Counted from the whole stretch's first letter, positions 36,282-48,562 are shown. The stretch is DNA of 63,264 nt, filler included, from Rhabdomonas costata (GCA_019059605.1; 56 parts of 56 records of this genome joined end to end with filler, not necessarily neighbours in it); one strand, 5' to 3'. Numbers and translations are program-made. Notes: generated by a model not told the origin, from the letters alone.

Positions 36282-37209
36282 ATGGCTCGAAAACAGCAAG
36301 CTTTATCGTGGTGGCGTGTGCCTGTTCCCCCATGGCTGCCGCTGCTGCTTCCTCTGGCTGCCCTTCGGGTCTTTCAAGCCTTCACGGTACAGACCAGCTT
36401 TAGCCCATGAGTATTGGCAAAGTCTCGAAGTGGCGTACAAACTGGTGTATGGCCGGGGTACCCTAACGTGGGAGTGGGGTCCGCTAGCTGTGCGGGGTTA
36501 CCTTCACCCAATGGTCTTCGCAGCGCTGTACCGGACTTTGCGGGGTCTGGGCTTGGACACCCCGGAAGCACTGATCATCGGTCAGCCCCTGCCAACAGCG
36601 ATCATGTGAGCCCCCCTCCCCGGAGGAAGTGATGAAGGAAGAAAAGAGGAGGCAATGGGACCATGATATCGAGTGGTGTGTAGAGGGGTCGGTCAGGGGT
36701 CGGTTACCATTGGATCCAAATTTAGGTATAGAGTGACCGCTCACTAACGCTTTGGGTGTTAGTCGCTCACCTTAGTTTCCCAACAGTGGTGTGTGTGTGT
36801 TATTCCGGGGACGGGAGTTTTTTCTCCTGTGGGCGTGTAATCGGTGAGGTGGCCGCACGCCGTGTTTTCACGGTTCTCTGTGCACCCTGTTAGATGCACT
36901 TTCCCACGGTATTTTGCCCCGCCACATCATTTACTGATCCCTCGTGCGATGCGTGCATTTTCTAACCACAGCGCACCTTGCTGCCTCCCTTCTTCTCCAA
37001 TTGAGTTGCCTACCTCAGTCAGTATACCCTTCTCTTTGTTTGTGTGTCTGTGTGTGTGTTTGCCGTCGATGGTGGTGGGTTATAGGACCTAAGGTGCTGC
37101 AAGCCCTTCTTTGTGCATGGGCGGACTTGCTGGTTTACCGGCTGGCCCTGAGATGGCACCCTGACCGTGGGGTAGCTGCCTGTGCTCTGTCGATGAGCGT
37201 GCTGAACTG
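36282..37209 (+). CDS. PIGB: GPI mannosyltransferase III (PIG-B/GPI10), exons 36282-36580 and 37086-37209, with a frameshift at ~36408
   Basis: ALRVFQAFTVQTSFSP / EYWQSLEVAYKLVYGRGTLTWEW...RGYLHP...LGLDT, then GPKVLQALL..WAD; matches PIG-B ALR...FLVQTSFVPDEYWQSLEV; the GT-AG intron is in phase. Confidence 0.92.
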
Positions 37210-37591
37210 GTGCTCTTGTTGTCTTGCCTCCGCCCCCACCCCACCAAACACACCCAGCACNNNNNNNNNNNNNNNNNNNNNNNNNNNNNNNNNNNNNNNN
37301 NNNNTTAATTAATTAANNNNNNNNNNNNNNNNNNNNNNNNNNNNNNNNNNNNNNNNNNNNACCAGCTAACTAAAATTGCGTACAGAGAGCAAAGTTGGAG
37401 CGGGCAGTTCTGGCCGCATAGTAAAAAGAATCCAACAGAAATCCGGGTGCATAATCGCACCCGCTCTACCCCTCCTCCTCTTGGGAACCTTGAACCTCCC
37501 GGGAGGACATGTGCGGTGTGCCCCCGTGAGGCAAACACAAACTGCGTGACCACTACGAAGAGAAAGAGAGAGGGAGCAGGGGTGCCATAAC

Positions 37592-37736
37592 CATTGTCCA
37601 TAGTGGAGGCGTAGTGGTACGGGGCGTCCAAGTGTGTCCCGTTGTGTGTGATCAGGGAGATCTTCTCAATGGCCCAGCCCTCGGATTCAGGAAGGTCGGC
37701 CTTGGTCAACCCAGGGAAGAACTTGCACATCTGCTC
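37592..37736 (-). CDS. Exon of a cyclase-family (kynurenine formamidase-like) metallohydrolase
   Basis: FFPGLTKADLPESEGWAIEKISLITHNGTHLDAPYHYASTMDN contains the HxGTHxDAPxH signature; AG/GT boundaries. Confidence 0.9.
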
Positions 37737-38496
37737 CTATCACACAATGCAAATTAAGAGGTGCCATCGACGATTCGTGTGTGCAGGGAACCGCAGCCGA
37801 ACAAAGTTAAACAGGTTCTCAGCATCCTTACAAACTCTTTTTTAGGCACTGCGGCACAGGCGCAATGAATCTTGCAGCGGAGTTCAGCAAAACAAAAAAA
37901 CAGACATCACAAGAAGGAACGCGAAAGGCTGTGAAAGGGAATGCAAAGACAAGAACTGAGAAGAGAAATCGGAGGTTGCGAAGAAGGTTACAAAAAAAGG
38001 GCGCGGCAGCAGCAGCCTGTAAGGAGCGCAAAGGAGGATAAACAGGAAAGGGCAGTGGAAAATAAGGAAGGGGGAGAGCTGAAGATGGAGACGAGAAAGG
38101 GAAGAGCAAGAGGAGGAAAACGAAACAATTGCACCACGGCGGAGGGATGCTAAGACACACAAAGGGAAGAAAATGGAGGCACGAGAAGCATACTATATCG
38201 CGGTGGACGATTTTATTTGGCGTACTCAAAAAGATTGTGAGCAATCTGGTGTACACCAAACACCAGTTTCTCCTCTGTACAACTCCTGAAAACCCAAATT
38301 CAGATCAAAAATTGCTATAACTGGGCTTGAAAAGAGACTCAAATCAAGATAAGGGCGAAGTTCAGGTGCTTTGGGATACCAACGAGCTCNNNNNNNNNNN
38401 NNNNNNNNNNNNNNNNNNNNNNNNNNNNNNNNNTTAATTAATTAANNNNNNNNNNNNNNNNNNNNNNNNNNNNNNNNNNNNNNNNNNNNGGTTTTG

Positions 38497-39338
38497 GGGG
38501 GAAGAAGGTGCAGGAAGGCCTTCGAGGCCAACGCCAGGGCGCGGGCCGGGAGCTCATCGGAGAGGGTGGGCGCCGCGGAGACTCCGGCGCCAGCGGGGGC
38601 GGCGTCCTGGGGGCTAGGAAACAGAAACCCCAGCAGCCGCAGCCCCGCTGAGGTGGCAAAGTCCGTGGAGGAGGAGCTGCGGTTCAGGGTGCTGGTGAAG
38701 ATCTGCAAGAAGAATGACAGGCCTGGCGAAACAATTAAAACTTCCCCGAATTCACATTCACACAAAAATAGACAAAAGAAAACTGCTTGGCGAAGGCGTA
38801 TATATATATTCTCTGGGGAAGACTCAGGGTTTCCTTTCCCTCAGTACATCACCCTCTCTGGGTTATGGGTTATTCGTACCACCACCCTTTCTCTGTCCAC
38901 CCTATGCCCCGCTTGGCCATACCAGTTTACCTTCTCTCGCTTGGAGAACTTAATGGGAGGACAAAAAGGAGCGCGTCCAGCGCGCAGAAATGTGCGACTT
39001 CATCCGCTCGCATGCCCGCATACTGGGTGGTCCCTCCCCCGAGGAGCACCACAAAATCAGAAAAGCCCACTAACACACCTTCAACGCCTAGTCTGGTGGG
39101 AGCGGTTGGCCACTCCAGACCACTCACCCTCTTCGATATTGCAGGTCCGTTTAGGGCCGTTAAGTTTTGCCTTACTTCGCGACCCCCTATCTCCCGCATA
39201 GTCGGTCCACATTGCACACCTTGTCCAGCATGGGCAGCAGAATTCCCCCGAAGATATCTAAGACTCTGGCAGGCACCAGCTCGGTAAGCTCCCTGGCCAG
39301 CACGGCGCGCTGCAGCCCTAGCAGGGCGTCCGAGGCCT
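38497..39338 (-). CDS. Two exons (39220-39338, 38497-38702) of a GBF1/GNOM-type Sec7 ARF-GEF C-terminal region
   Basis: ALLGLQRAVLARELTEL...IFGGILLPMLDK ... ARALALASKAFLHLLP parallels GBF1 ALTYLQRALL.HDL...FNKVLFPLL.KL ... RASTLLSKVFLQHL.P; phase-0 GTGTG..CAG intron. Confidence 0.7.
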
Positions 39339-40551
39339 CTGCACACACATGGGCAAAGGGCGCGTGAAAACAGGTAAGGAATTCCCGAGAACATCTGGGT
39401 CACAGATGCTTCGCCCAAATATCCAAGGATTGGGTTTTCCATGGTGGCCACGTCGGCGCTAATTCCTACTCGCCAAGGGCTCCGAAAAAGAAGGGGGGGG
39501 GGGTCGCAGCTCCCATCGCANNNNNNNNNNNNNNNNNNNNNNNNNNNNNNNNNNNNNNNNNNNNTTAATTAATTAANNNNNNNNNNNNNNNNNNNNNNNN
39601 NNNNNNNNNNNNNNNNNNNNAGGTGTGCCCTGTATTTTTTAGGGGGTTTGTGGTGCGGAGGCTTTTTTTCAATTGCAGTGCCGTGTTTTTTCTTGAATAC
39701 GTTCTGATGAGGGTTCCCGATTGTGCTAAAGGGCAGTGAGGGATGCAAGGCCCTGCGCTGGCGGTTTGTAAAAGTTCAGTAGGCATCACCTAATGGTGTC
39801 CTCCGTGGCTTTCCTCCCTCAACCAGAATTTCGGTCGGAGGCGTTCACCCTACAGGAACGCATACGAACAAAGCGGTGCTTGCAGTACTTTGGGAAAGCG
39901 TGCTGGAGAAGTACCTCGGAGTGCCTCTGTGAGTGATCTTATAGGCCCAGGTACTGGCTCCCGTTTGTGCTGGCCACCTTCACCCTTGCCTAACAATAAC
40001 TTCCACCTTGTGTGACTACCCTTTCCTGCAGAGAAGCCCTTGGCGGACGTGGTTCCGTCAGCCGCTTTGTGGCCGGCAAAACTGTACACAGCATCCAGCC
40101 TTAGAGCAAAGAATAACTTGGATACTCAACTTACTTAGTCTCCGCCTGACCACAACTCAAAGCCAGGCTTTATGCACCCATGGCCTCAGATATGCGCGCG
40201 TCATGTCAAAAGTGAGAGAGCCGAAACGATAATTCAGCAAAAACTGACGACCACGGAACTTCACAGGAGAGATATGCTGACACTCATAACGCTTGCATTA
40301 ATGCCCGAAAATGTCTGAGGAAAATGTCCTGAAACACCACATAAAGTCGCGTGCCATGAGAGAAAACTATATCTCTATGTAGCCTTTTCAGGGCACCGTT
40401 TGCGAAGACATTGATTTGTACCAACCAGGCTGTTCAAATGCAACATTTCAACAGAAATTCCACAGCAGACTTTTTCCAAGTAAATATGGCATTGGCTAAA
40501 ATGCCTCCTTTAGATTCCATCTCACCTTCATGGTCTTTACGGTGGCGCGGA

Positions 40552-40641
40552 TAATACCGTACGGTATAATGAGAAGTTTGCCGTGCTCGTCTGCGGCAGC
40601 TTTGTAGAACGGCAAACTTCTCATTATACCGTACGGTATTA
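40552..40641. repeat. Terminal inverted repeat (fold-back)
   Basis: TAATACCGTACGGTATAATGAGAAGTTTGCCGT and its reverse complement at the contig end. Confidence 0.9.
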
Positions 40642-41379
40642 ACCCCACCCCNNNNNNNNNNNNNNNNNNNNNNNNNNNNNNNNNNNNNNNNNNNNTTAAT
40701 TAATTAANNNNNNNNNNNNNNNNNNNNNNNNNNNNNNNNNNNNNNNNNNNNGTGTTTTGTTGACATGTGCAGCGTACGTCAAACTTTTCAACTTTCAGAT
40801 TTCAGGGTGTGTCCCCAGCTCAGTGCCCTCATCTGCCCTGCTGCCCTGCACGCTACCAAATCAAAACAAACCCCTTCCCATCTTTTCGTTCCTCCTTGTT
40901 TTGTTTGTTTGTTGCCGAACTCCTGAACTCCGGTGATGACGATGTTGTTTCCTCCCGATTTCAGGTTCAGGTGAATAAAAGGAAATTGAAGTTGTGCAAA
41001 TATGGGGCAAAGGGTCACGGTCACTGTAAGTTCGTTCTCTCAGTGTGGACCCGACTGTCGACACAAAAATCCAAAAAAATAAAAAGAAAAGATCACAAAT
41101 TCATACCTGCAGACAGGCCAGGGTTGAAACGACCTGCGGCAGTGGGTACCTATATGCAAAGGCTGTCTGACTCGCGGCAGCCGCAAGCATCACAGCGGAA
41201 GCGCATTAAACAAGTCTTGAAAATTGAAAGAAAAAAGGTGTAAATGGCGAAGAAAGAGGGCCCAAGTGCAAAAGTTCAACCTCGGCTCCTTGTGAAAACT
41301 GCACCCAACAGCAATGCGGTCCTTTTGCTTATTGAAGTCAGGGTGAACGGACGGCAAACGTGGCATCGGAGTTGTGAAA

Positions 41380-41563
41380 ATGCCACCCAACGCGGGGATG
41401 TGGGCCTCAAACTTGGGTAGTGTGCGTGTCGCTCTGCTCTTATGTATCCCGTCGCTGGTCTTTGCGGCTTGCGTGATGGCCGCGGCCTTTCGAAAGTACC
41501 GCCTCACGAACCCGAGGATGTCCTTCCTAGACTGGCTGAGTGACTCCATTCAGGACTACACAG
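41380..41563 (+). CDS. Exon with one transmembrane helix, unknown protein
   Basis: VALLLCIPSLVFAACVMAAAF followed by RKYR; ends at a CAG|GTGCG donor; start uncertain. Confidence 0.45.
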
Positions 41564-43550
41564 GTGCGTGAGTGTTTCCGTTATTTATTCGGGGTCACCA
41601 GGAGCGTCCATTCGAGTACATCAGAAGTCATGGGGGAATCTCATCGGCAGGTCATTGGAAACACAAACACACACACCACCACCAAGCAATCAGTCAACCA
41701 GGCAACAGCCAGCACACAATGCGCCCAATACACACACACAAACGTATACAAACGAACAAAAAACCACACCCACACCCAACACANNNNNNNNNNNNNNNNN
41801 NNNNNNNNNNNNNNNNNNNNNNNNNNNTTAATTAATTAANNNNNNNNNNNNNNNNNNNNNNNNNNNNNNNNNNNNNNNNNNNNTTTTGGTTGGGGGCAGG
41901 GCCACGATCGTAACGGCCGTGTGTACAAGTTCGCCAGAGCTCTCCCCGTGCTCCTCGACTTCCAGCAGTTTGGTGGAGCCTGGATCGCCCACTTCCCCGG
42001 CATTTCTCACCCTTGCTCCGGAGGAGGAGGGGAGCGAGGGCCGCGACCAAGAGGAGGATCTGGCCGGTAGCAGGGCTCTAGAGGTGCTGGCGTGTGTCTG
42101 TGGAATTCTTTTTCTCGCTCCCTCACTCTGCCCAAGCGTGACGTGTACCTCCCAACTGCGATAGAACCGGTTACGTCGATAAAGTCGATTCAGGTGGCCA
42201 GCCCGATCTTTAGCTTGGATTTGGGCTTCTCCTCCCTGTTGTTCCGATGGAAAAAGCGGTATTTTGGTGCAAACATTCATACCCCCAGAGGGTAGTGGGT
42301 GCAACTTTGTCTCGTAAAGCGCTGGAACTCTAACAGAATGAGTTGCTCGATACCAATTGCAGAGTTCCCTCCCTCTTTCCACCCAGAAGACGGGCAATGT
42401 GCTCATGGCGTTGAGAAAACAATGTGCGTGCTCTTCTCTTCTTGTTCTCCCCTGCCTCCTCACAAAAAAGGTGGTACCTGCACTGGCGCTGCCCTCCCTG
42501 TCCAGGCCCATAGTCCCCCCTGTCTCAGTCCCAGCGAAGGGGGAGACCGTGTCTCCGCTCCTGCAAGGCTCTGCTGAGCCATCCCCCTCGCGACCCTCAC
42601 ACACCCTTCGGTTAGCGGTGCCCCCGGCCGGAGTTCATCCCGAGGTAGGAGGTTGCCACCCGTATTGGGCCGGGATGTGGAGATGTCAGCAAGTTCATGA
42701 ATTCTCGGGTCTTAAGAGAGCATGGCAGAGTGACTACGATGCTGCACGTACGGTCTTGCACACATCAAGTGTAGTCTATGCGCAGTACTGCAAACTTGCA
42801 AACTTGAAAACTGCATGCTGGGCGGACCCCCCCCCCTAACAGATGCGATTCAATTCGTTTCCGTCAGTTTTGGATCCATTAATCGCATTTCAGAGCAGTA
42901 CAATACCCACCCACNNNNNNNNNNNNNNNNNNNNNNNNNNNNNNNNNNNNNNNNNNNNTTAATTAATTAANNNNNNNNNNNNNNNNNNNNNNNNNNNNNN
43001 NNNNNNNNNNNNNNTTGTGGGAACAGGGTAAATATGCGATTTGATATATAGGGTCTTAGAGAAGAGCAAACTTTACCCCTTTGGCCGACGCAGGCCGAAT
43101 ATCTGGCACGTGGTCGCTGGTATCACAAATTTTTTTAAAAAAGTTCTCGCGCGCTTACGGCGCGTTGGAAACCTAACTGAGAATCGGGATGAAATATACA
43201 GTGGTCGACATAGGTGTTGCTACTCCGAACGGAACCTGCGTAATCCATGCGGTGGTGCATGCCCCCCTTAAAAACGGGCATGCTTCGGCATGCCGTCCCT
43301 CTAACAACGACGTTTTCCTCATCAACCCGGATTTTGTGAAACCGATGAAAATCTCAAAGAGAGACTCAGTGTTTATTGTGGAAAATGAAAACGAAAGAAT
43401 GCCAAAATTTCGGAACAGAAAATTATGAAAAGAAATTCTCAGAAATTGAATTACTCAAATAGAAATAGCAGTAAAAAAATTATCCGACTCACCCAGTTTC
43501 CCTCCTGGCATGTCAGCTGCCACAACTCTTTGCTTCTGTTCGCTGTTCAG

Positions 43551-44040
43551 GAAAGGGTTGCTGGGGCTGAGTATTGTTCTTGTCGGCGGGTGTGTCCTGC
43601 TCGCTGTCCTCCCTCGCATATACGCCTCCAAGGATCATAGAGGCGGGGAGAATCCTTCTGGGCAGGCTGAGTTGCCGAAGCGGAGCGTGGCAATGAACGT
43701 ATCCTCCCGTTACACTGTCCAGCAAGGTACTTCTCATCCTGAATTCCACCTCGGGCCGTTTGTATTTTTGCGCTGCTTCGCTTAAATGATTTGTGCTCTC
43801 GTCTCTCTTTTTGAAATCACGCTCGACAACGGCCAGAAACACGCGTTGACCACCCGGCGCTGGCGAGGTGCATGGAGTGATTGGTTTGCCCCTTCTCTGC
43901 GGAGCCCTTTCTCCTTCCTTTTCGTTCCTCTTCCCTCCCTCTTAGCTTTGCTGTGCGGCGCCACCCCCGCCCCTGTGGGGTACATTGGGGACTGTCCCGT
44001 TCCTGGCCCGGCCTGCACCACCTCGGTCGCCTGTAACCCA
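43551..44040 (+). CDS. Two exons (43551-43726, 43946-44040) of a signal/TM-anchored Cys-rich protein
   Basis: GLLGLSIVLVGGCVLLAVL hydrophobic stretch; a phase-1 GT-AG intron joins to ALLCGATPAPVGYIGDCPVPGPACTTSVACNP. Confidence 0.5.
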
Positions 44041-44153
44041 CAAAANNNNNNNNNNNNNNNNNNNNNNNNNNNNNNNNNNNNNNNNNNNNTTAATTAATTA
44101 ANNNNNNNNNNNNNNNNNNNNNNNNNNNNNNNNNNNNNNNNNNNNGTTTGTGG

Positions 44154-44526
44154 TGCACGTTTGTATCGGATGCTATAAAGAAGCGAAAGACCTTGTGACA
44201 TCGTGAGATCGTGTGACATGTTTGGCACGTTGAACTCTTGGTCTCCAGACCGATCTTCGCATCGCCCGCCGCTTCACCATTTCCAGAACTCGCAGAACAG
44301 ATAGGGGCCTCAGCCACTCAAAAGGATCCGAAAGCCGTCACCCAGTTGCTCTAGACGCAAGCCCGCCTGCATATGGGCTATAAGAGCGAATCTAGCGGTG
44401 TGGCACGGAAGGAAATCTGAATACGTTTAATCAAAGCTCCAAGGGTACAACGTGCCAAACATGTCACACGATCTCACGATGTCACAAGGTCTTTCGCTTC
44501 TTTATAGCATCCGATACAAACGTGCA
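44154..44526. repeat. ~79-bp perfect inverted repeat with one arm at the contig start (fold-back)
   Basis: 44154-44232 is the reverse complement of 44448-44526. Confidence 0.9.
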
Positions 44527-45367
44527 GCAAAATACTTAAGCACTCCCGAAAAGAAAGGAAATAAAAAAATAAAAGAAATGGTAGTCCCAAGGTTAGTTTG
44601 CGAGGAAAGAGCGTCCTCTTTTCATTTATACACAACAGGACGGGCAAGCGAGGCTTGCAGAGCACAATAACAACCAGTTGGAGGCACAAAATATTCCCAG
44701 CAACAAACAGACTCGACCTTTCGAATGAGACCTTTCGAAAATTGGGGGCGGGGGCCACCACCATCAAAGTGAACTTGAGAGGGCTTTGCAGAAATATCCA
44801 TTAACAATTTCCTTTCTCCCCCAGGCAACGTCTGAGGAACACATGGAGACTGGCCAGCAAAAAGAAGGCACATAAACTCCCAGTGAAAAGGAAAAGAAAA
44901 GAACCCCCACGAGGCTTCGCAGCCTGATTATTTTATAAAATAACCTCGAAAAAATTAACCTCGACGAAAGCAACTCCGAAGAATGCCATTGAAGAGCCTC
45001 CTTTTTCCTCGGCTTCAGGCTTCCTGCTCAGTGCCCGTGCCCATGCCCGTGCCCGTCGGCACAAGCGTCAGCTCTAGCGCCGTTCGCGGGCCCACCGCAG
45101 TGTCGACTGTGCGGAAGTGTGGCATCATCGCCAAGTCCATCGGAAGATTCTCCAAAGACTGCCGGGCAACCACAACNNNNNNNNNNNNNNNNNNNNNNNN
45201 NNNNNNNNNNNNNNNNNNNNTTAATTAATTAANNNNNNNNNNNNNNNNNNNNNNNNNNNNNNNNNNNNNNNNNNNNGTGTTGGTGTGTTTGGGGGGTGTG
45301 GTGGGAGGATTTCCTGCCCATTTGGGATATTTATCCCTTCTCTGTTTTCAGTTTTTCTTCCCAAACA

Positions 45368-45811
45368 ATGACTGCGACTGTTCTGCTGCTTTGTGTCGTG
45401 GCAACGGCGGTGCTGTGGGTATTTGGCCTGCCGTTGTATGGGGCCCACCCGCCAAAGGAGGCGTGGCTCAGTCCGAAGCGGATGCAGATGGTCCGCAAGC
45501 AGGTGCAGAGCCGAGGGGTGACCGACGAGCGGGTCTTGCGTGCCATGCGCGAGGTTCCCCGGCACCTCTTTGTGCCCTTGGACAGCCAATGGCTGGCCTA
45601 CGAGGATACCCCGCTTCCGATCGGCCATGGTCAGACCATCTCCCAGCCATACATTGTGGCCTTCATGGCCGAGGCGGCGGAGATTGGCTCGGATGACCGT
45701 GTCCTGGAGCTCGGCACGGGGTCTGGGTACAACGCCGCGGTGGTGAGTCTGCTGTGCAAGGAGTTGTACACCCTGGAGGTCATTCCGGAACTGAACCAAG
45801 CCGCTGCACAG
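45368..45811 (+). CDS. pcm: First exon of protein-L-isoaspartate O-methyltransferase, bacterial type, with a hydrophobic N-terminus
   Basis: RGVTDERVLRAMREVPRHLFVP...AYEDTPLPIGHGQTISQPYIVAFM...RVLELGTGSGYNAAV; similarity stops exactly at the CAG|GTGCG donor. Confidence 0.93.
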
Positions 45812-47289
45812 GTGCGCCGCATCGGTGACTTCAGGTCGATGGCTGCTCTGCCAAAAGACCGTCCTGCCATTGAGTCATCGCTATGCGCGGAGCTGTTTAT
45901 GGGATGTTTTCCGGTAGTCACTGAAACCTTCGGTAAATAAAATGTGGTGAAAAATGCCTTGTTCAGGCAGATGAGTGGAGATACCTTCTTTGGATGTTTT
46001 GCAACGGTAAGATCTCTTGACCAAAGGAGGCAAAAAAGTTAGTTTTGGTTGTTGTTGTTGGTTTTTTGGTTTTTTTTTTAGTTTTGGAGCATCTCAATTA
46101 TAATTCGAATCTTAGAGGCGTTGGCACCAGGCACTATTAGTATCTAATTTACGTGACCACGCGTGCAAGGCTTCGCCGTTGAAGGAATGTATGGTAGTCG
46201 GATTCTGGGTAGGGCCATTTTTAGAACAGTCAAGCGCATTTTGGAACACAGTTGGGAGAACTTGAACTCTGGACGTAACGGGGTTCATTCGTGGTCCTTT
46301 TTATGCTNNNNNNNNNNNNNNNNNNNNNNNNNNNNNNNNNNNNNNNNNNNNTTAATTAATTAANNNNNNNNNNNNNNNNNNNNNNNNNNNNNNNNNNNNN
46401 NNNNNNNGAAAGTGGAGGAAAGGAGTGTGTGGGGGGGGGGTGGCCTGCTGCTTTTCTTCCTGGTACAGTTGCCTTTCATTCGCAGGTGTTCCCGGGGTTC
46501 AACCACGGGGCTCCGTTTCCGTACTGGTCCTCCCCGTCACTCACCCGAGCGGCCTCCTTGCTGGCGCTGGCAAAGGCGGTCGTGCTCTCAAGGACAGCGA
46601 ACCTGTCCCAAAATCCAACATAACGCTTTGAGAGGCCTGTTTCCTGTCTGATTTTGTACTGAGGGGTTTCGAACTTTCTTCCCCTTTCTCTTTTCTCTCC
46701 CTTTCTGCTTCCGACTGCATCTGAAAGCTCATACCTACGTTCACACGGGCGCACCGGCACCCCCATTGCTTGCGGGGTCGCATCCTGCGTCCTGCCTTTG
46801 TTCTCCCCTTGCACTCTGCTTCCACTACGCGTGTTCGTGGGGTGCATTCGCATCTCTGCGTTTCCAGTTTGTTGCTCAGTTGCTTACTGCTCGTTCACTT
46901 TGCTTTTTTATGAGAATGAGAGGGGGGGGAGCGCTCTGTAAAAAGAGGGAGCACATCCTCCAGCCGTTTTGTTTTGTCTTAGGTTTTTTCTATTGTACCT
47001 TTGGGGCTCCGTGCAGCAGGCTTTGCCTTCTCAAACGTCTCCACTTTTTTTTTGCTGCGCCTGTTGTCAACTTCCTTTACTCAGCGCTGCGCCTCTTGCG
47101 GCGTCGGTGACCGCCATCTCACCGCTTTCACTTCTCTGCAGCGAGGTGCTAGCATTCAGTGAAAGGCGTGGTATGACAAGGTGAGCCAAAACCCCGAGGC
47201 AAAGGGCCACTGGGAAGCACAAGGGCCTTGGCGGCTCTTTCGTAACCCTTTTGCGCCGCTTCTTGCCCCACGCAACGGAGGGTTTATCT

Positions 47290-47392
47290 ACGGCACCCAC
47301 AACGTATGGACAACAAAACGCACATCCCACCTCCTCTCCCCTTACTCCGAACGGGCTAGGCCGCTTGTGCCCACAAAGCTCACTGTGCTGCC
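47290..47392 (+). repeat. ~110-bp dispersed repeat, copy 2
   Basis: Aligns by eye with 21999-22111. Confidence 0.85.
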
Positions 47393-47795
47393 TCACTTAG
47401 CAAGAGTCAAGACGGCACAGATTCGATTCCCAAACCCCNNNNNNNNNNNNNNNNNNNNNNNNNNNNNNNNNNNNNNNNNNNNTTAATTAATTAANNNNNN
47501 NNNNNNNNNNNNNNNNNNNNNNNNNNNNNNNNNNNNNNGGGGTGTTGGTGTAATGTTTCGATGAAGATGTGTGAGCATACGACGGGGGGTTAGCTGATGG
47601 ATTCCCCTACTGATGGGTTGAATGACGAAAAATGCTTCTTTGTGGTTTTGTGGTGCCCGGGTACGGAAGACTTTATGGGTTTTCTGTCCGCCCGATGACT
47701 GAAATACAGCAAAAAAAAAGACTTACGCCGCGATATCCCATTTTCGGGCGCACAAACAGAAAGAGAGAACAGGGGAAGAGGGGGTCTTTGCAGAC

Positions 47796-48044
47796 TTCAT
47801 GAGTTTGGCCGTGATGGTCCGGGCGAAACCCAGGGTCGGCGGCCATCAGTGCCGCCACGGTGGCGTGGCGGTGGGCGGCTAGCATCCAGAACCGCAAAGG
47901 GTCTTCCGCCTGCGCGGCGGCCTCATTGCGGCGAACGAAGGCCAGAACCTTGGGCACCTCTGCGGCGCGGCGGGTCCGTCCCAAGGTGCACAACGACAGC
48001 TTGGTGACCTCCACGAAGAACGGCATGTCGAAGGGCAGGGCAGC
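47796..48044 (-). CDS. Internal exon, unknown protein
   Basis: CAG/GTCTG boundaries, 249 nt, AALPFDMPFFVEVTKLSLCTLGRTRRAAEVPKVLAFVRRNE...; high GC3. Confidence 0.6.
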
Positions 48045-48406
48045 CTGCCCCCACCCCACCTCACCCTACCCACACACCAGCAAGTACCCACGAAGACTCA
48101 CCGAAGCGGCGCTGCTGAGTGATCCTACGCGGTTTTCCACGAGACGAGCAGTGCAGGTGTAACTGCAAGGTAGCCCATCGCACAGCGAGGAAGTGATTTC
48201 AAGGAACAAGAACTCTCGTGCACAACGCTCACCTTTACCAGCACCACAAATCGGAGCGTCGATATGTAGTTTTCGAAGACCAAACTCGCATGAATTTAGA
48301 AATTTAAAAATCTACATTTTTATAGGAAATTAGCAATTCTTCAGACAAGTGGTAAAATGCTCCAATGCCTTCAAGAATAGCCGTGTGAAGAGAAAGGACG
48401 TGAGAT

Positions 48407-48562
48407 GCACACTCCATGGCACCGCGCTAGCTCCGAGAAAGGCAACTTTGAGCATAGCATACTCCCAGAGCAACCTCGGCAGTTCGCCTGAGGTTGCTCT
48501 GGGAGTATGCTATGCTCAAAGTTGCCTTTCTCGGAGCTAGCGCGGTGCCATGGAGTGTGCAC
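48407..48562. repeat. Long hairpin at the contig end (fold-back)
   Basis: ~70-bp perfect arms with a ~11-nt loop. Confidence 0.92.

Noticed and set aside
9106..37209. PIG-X and PIG-B as a GPI biosynthesis cluster, or the flytrap and cyclase fragments as one gene
   Set aside because: They lie on separate contigs whose order is arbitrary; there is no linkage evidence
48407..48562. Long perfect hairpins as miRNA precursors, MITEs or non-conventional intron stems
   Set aside because: Perfect identity and a consistent position at contig edges indicate amplification fold-backs
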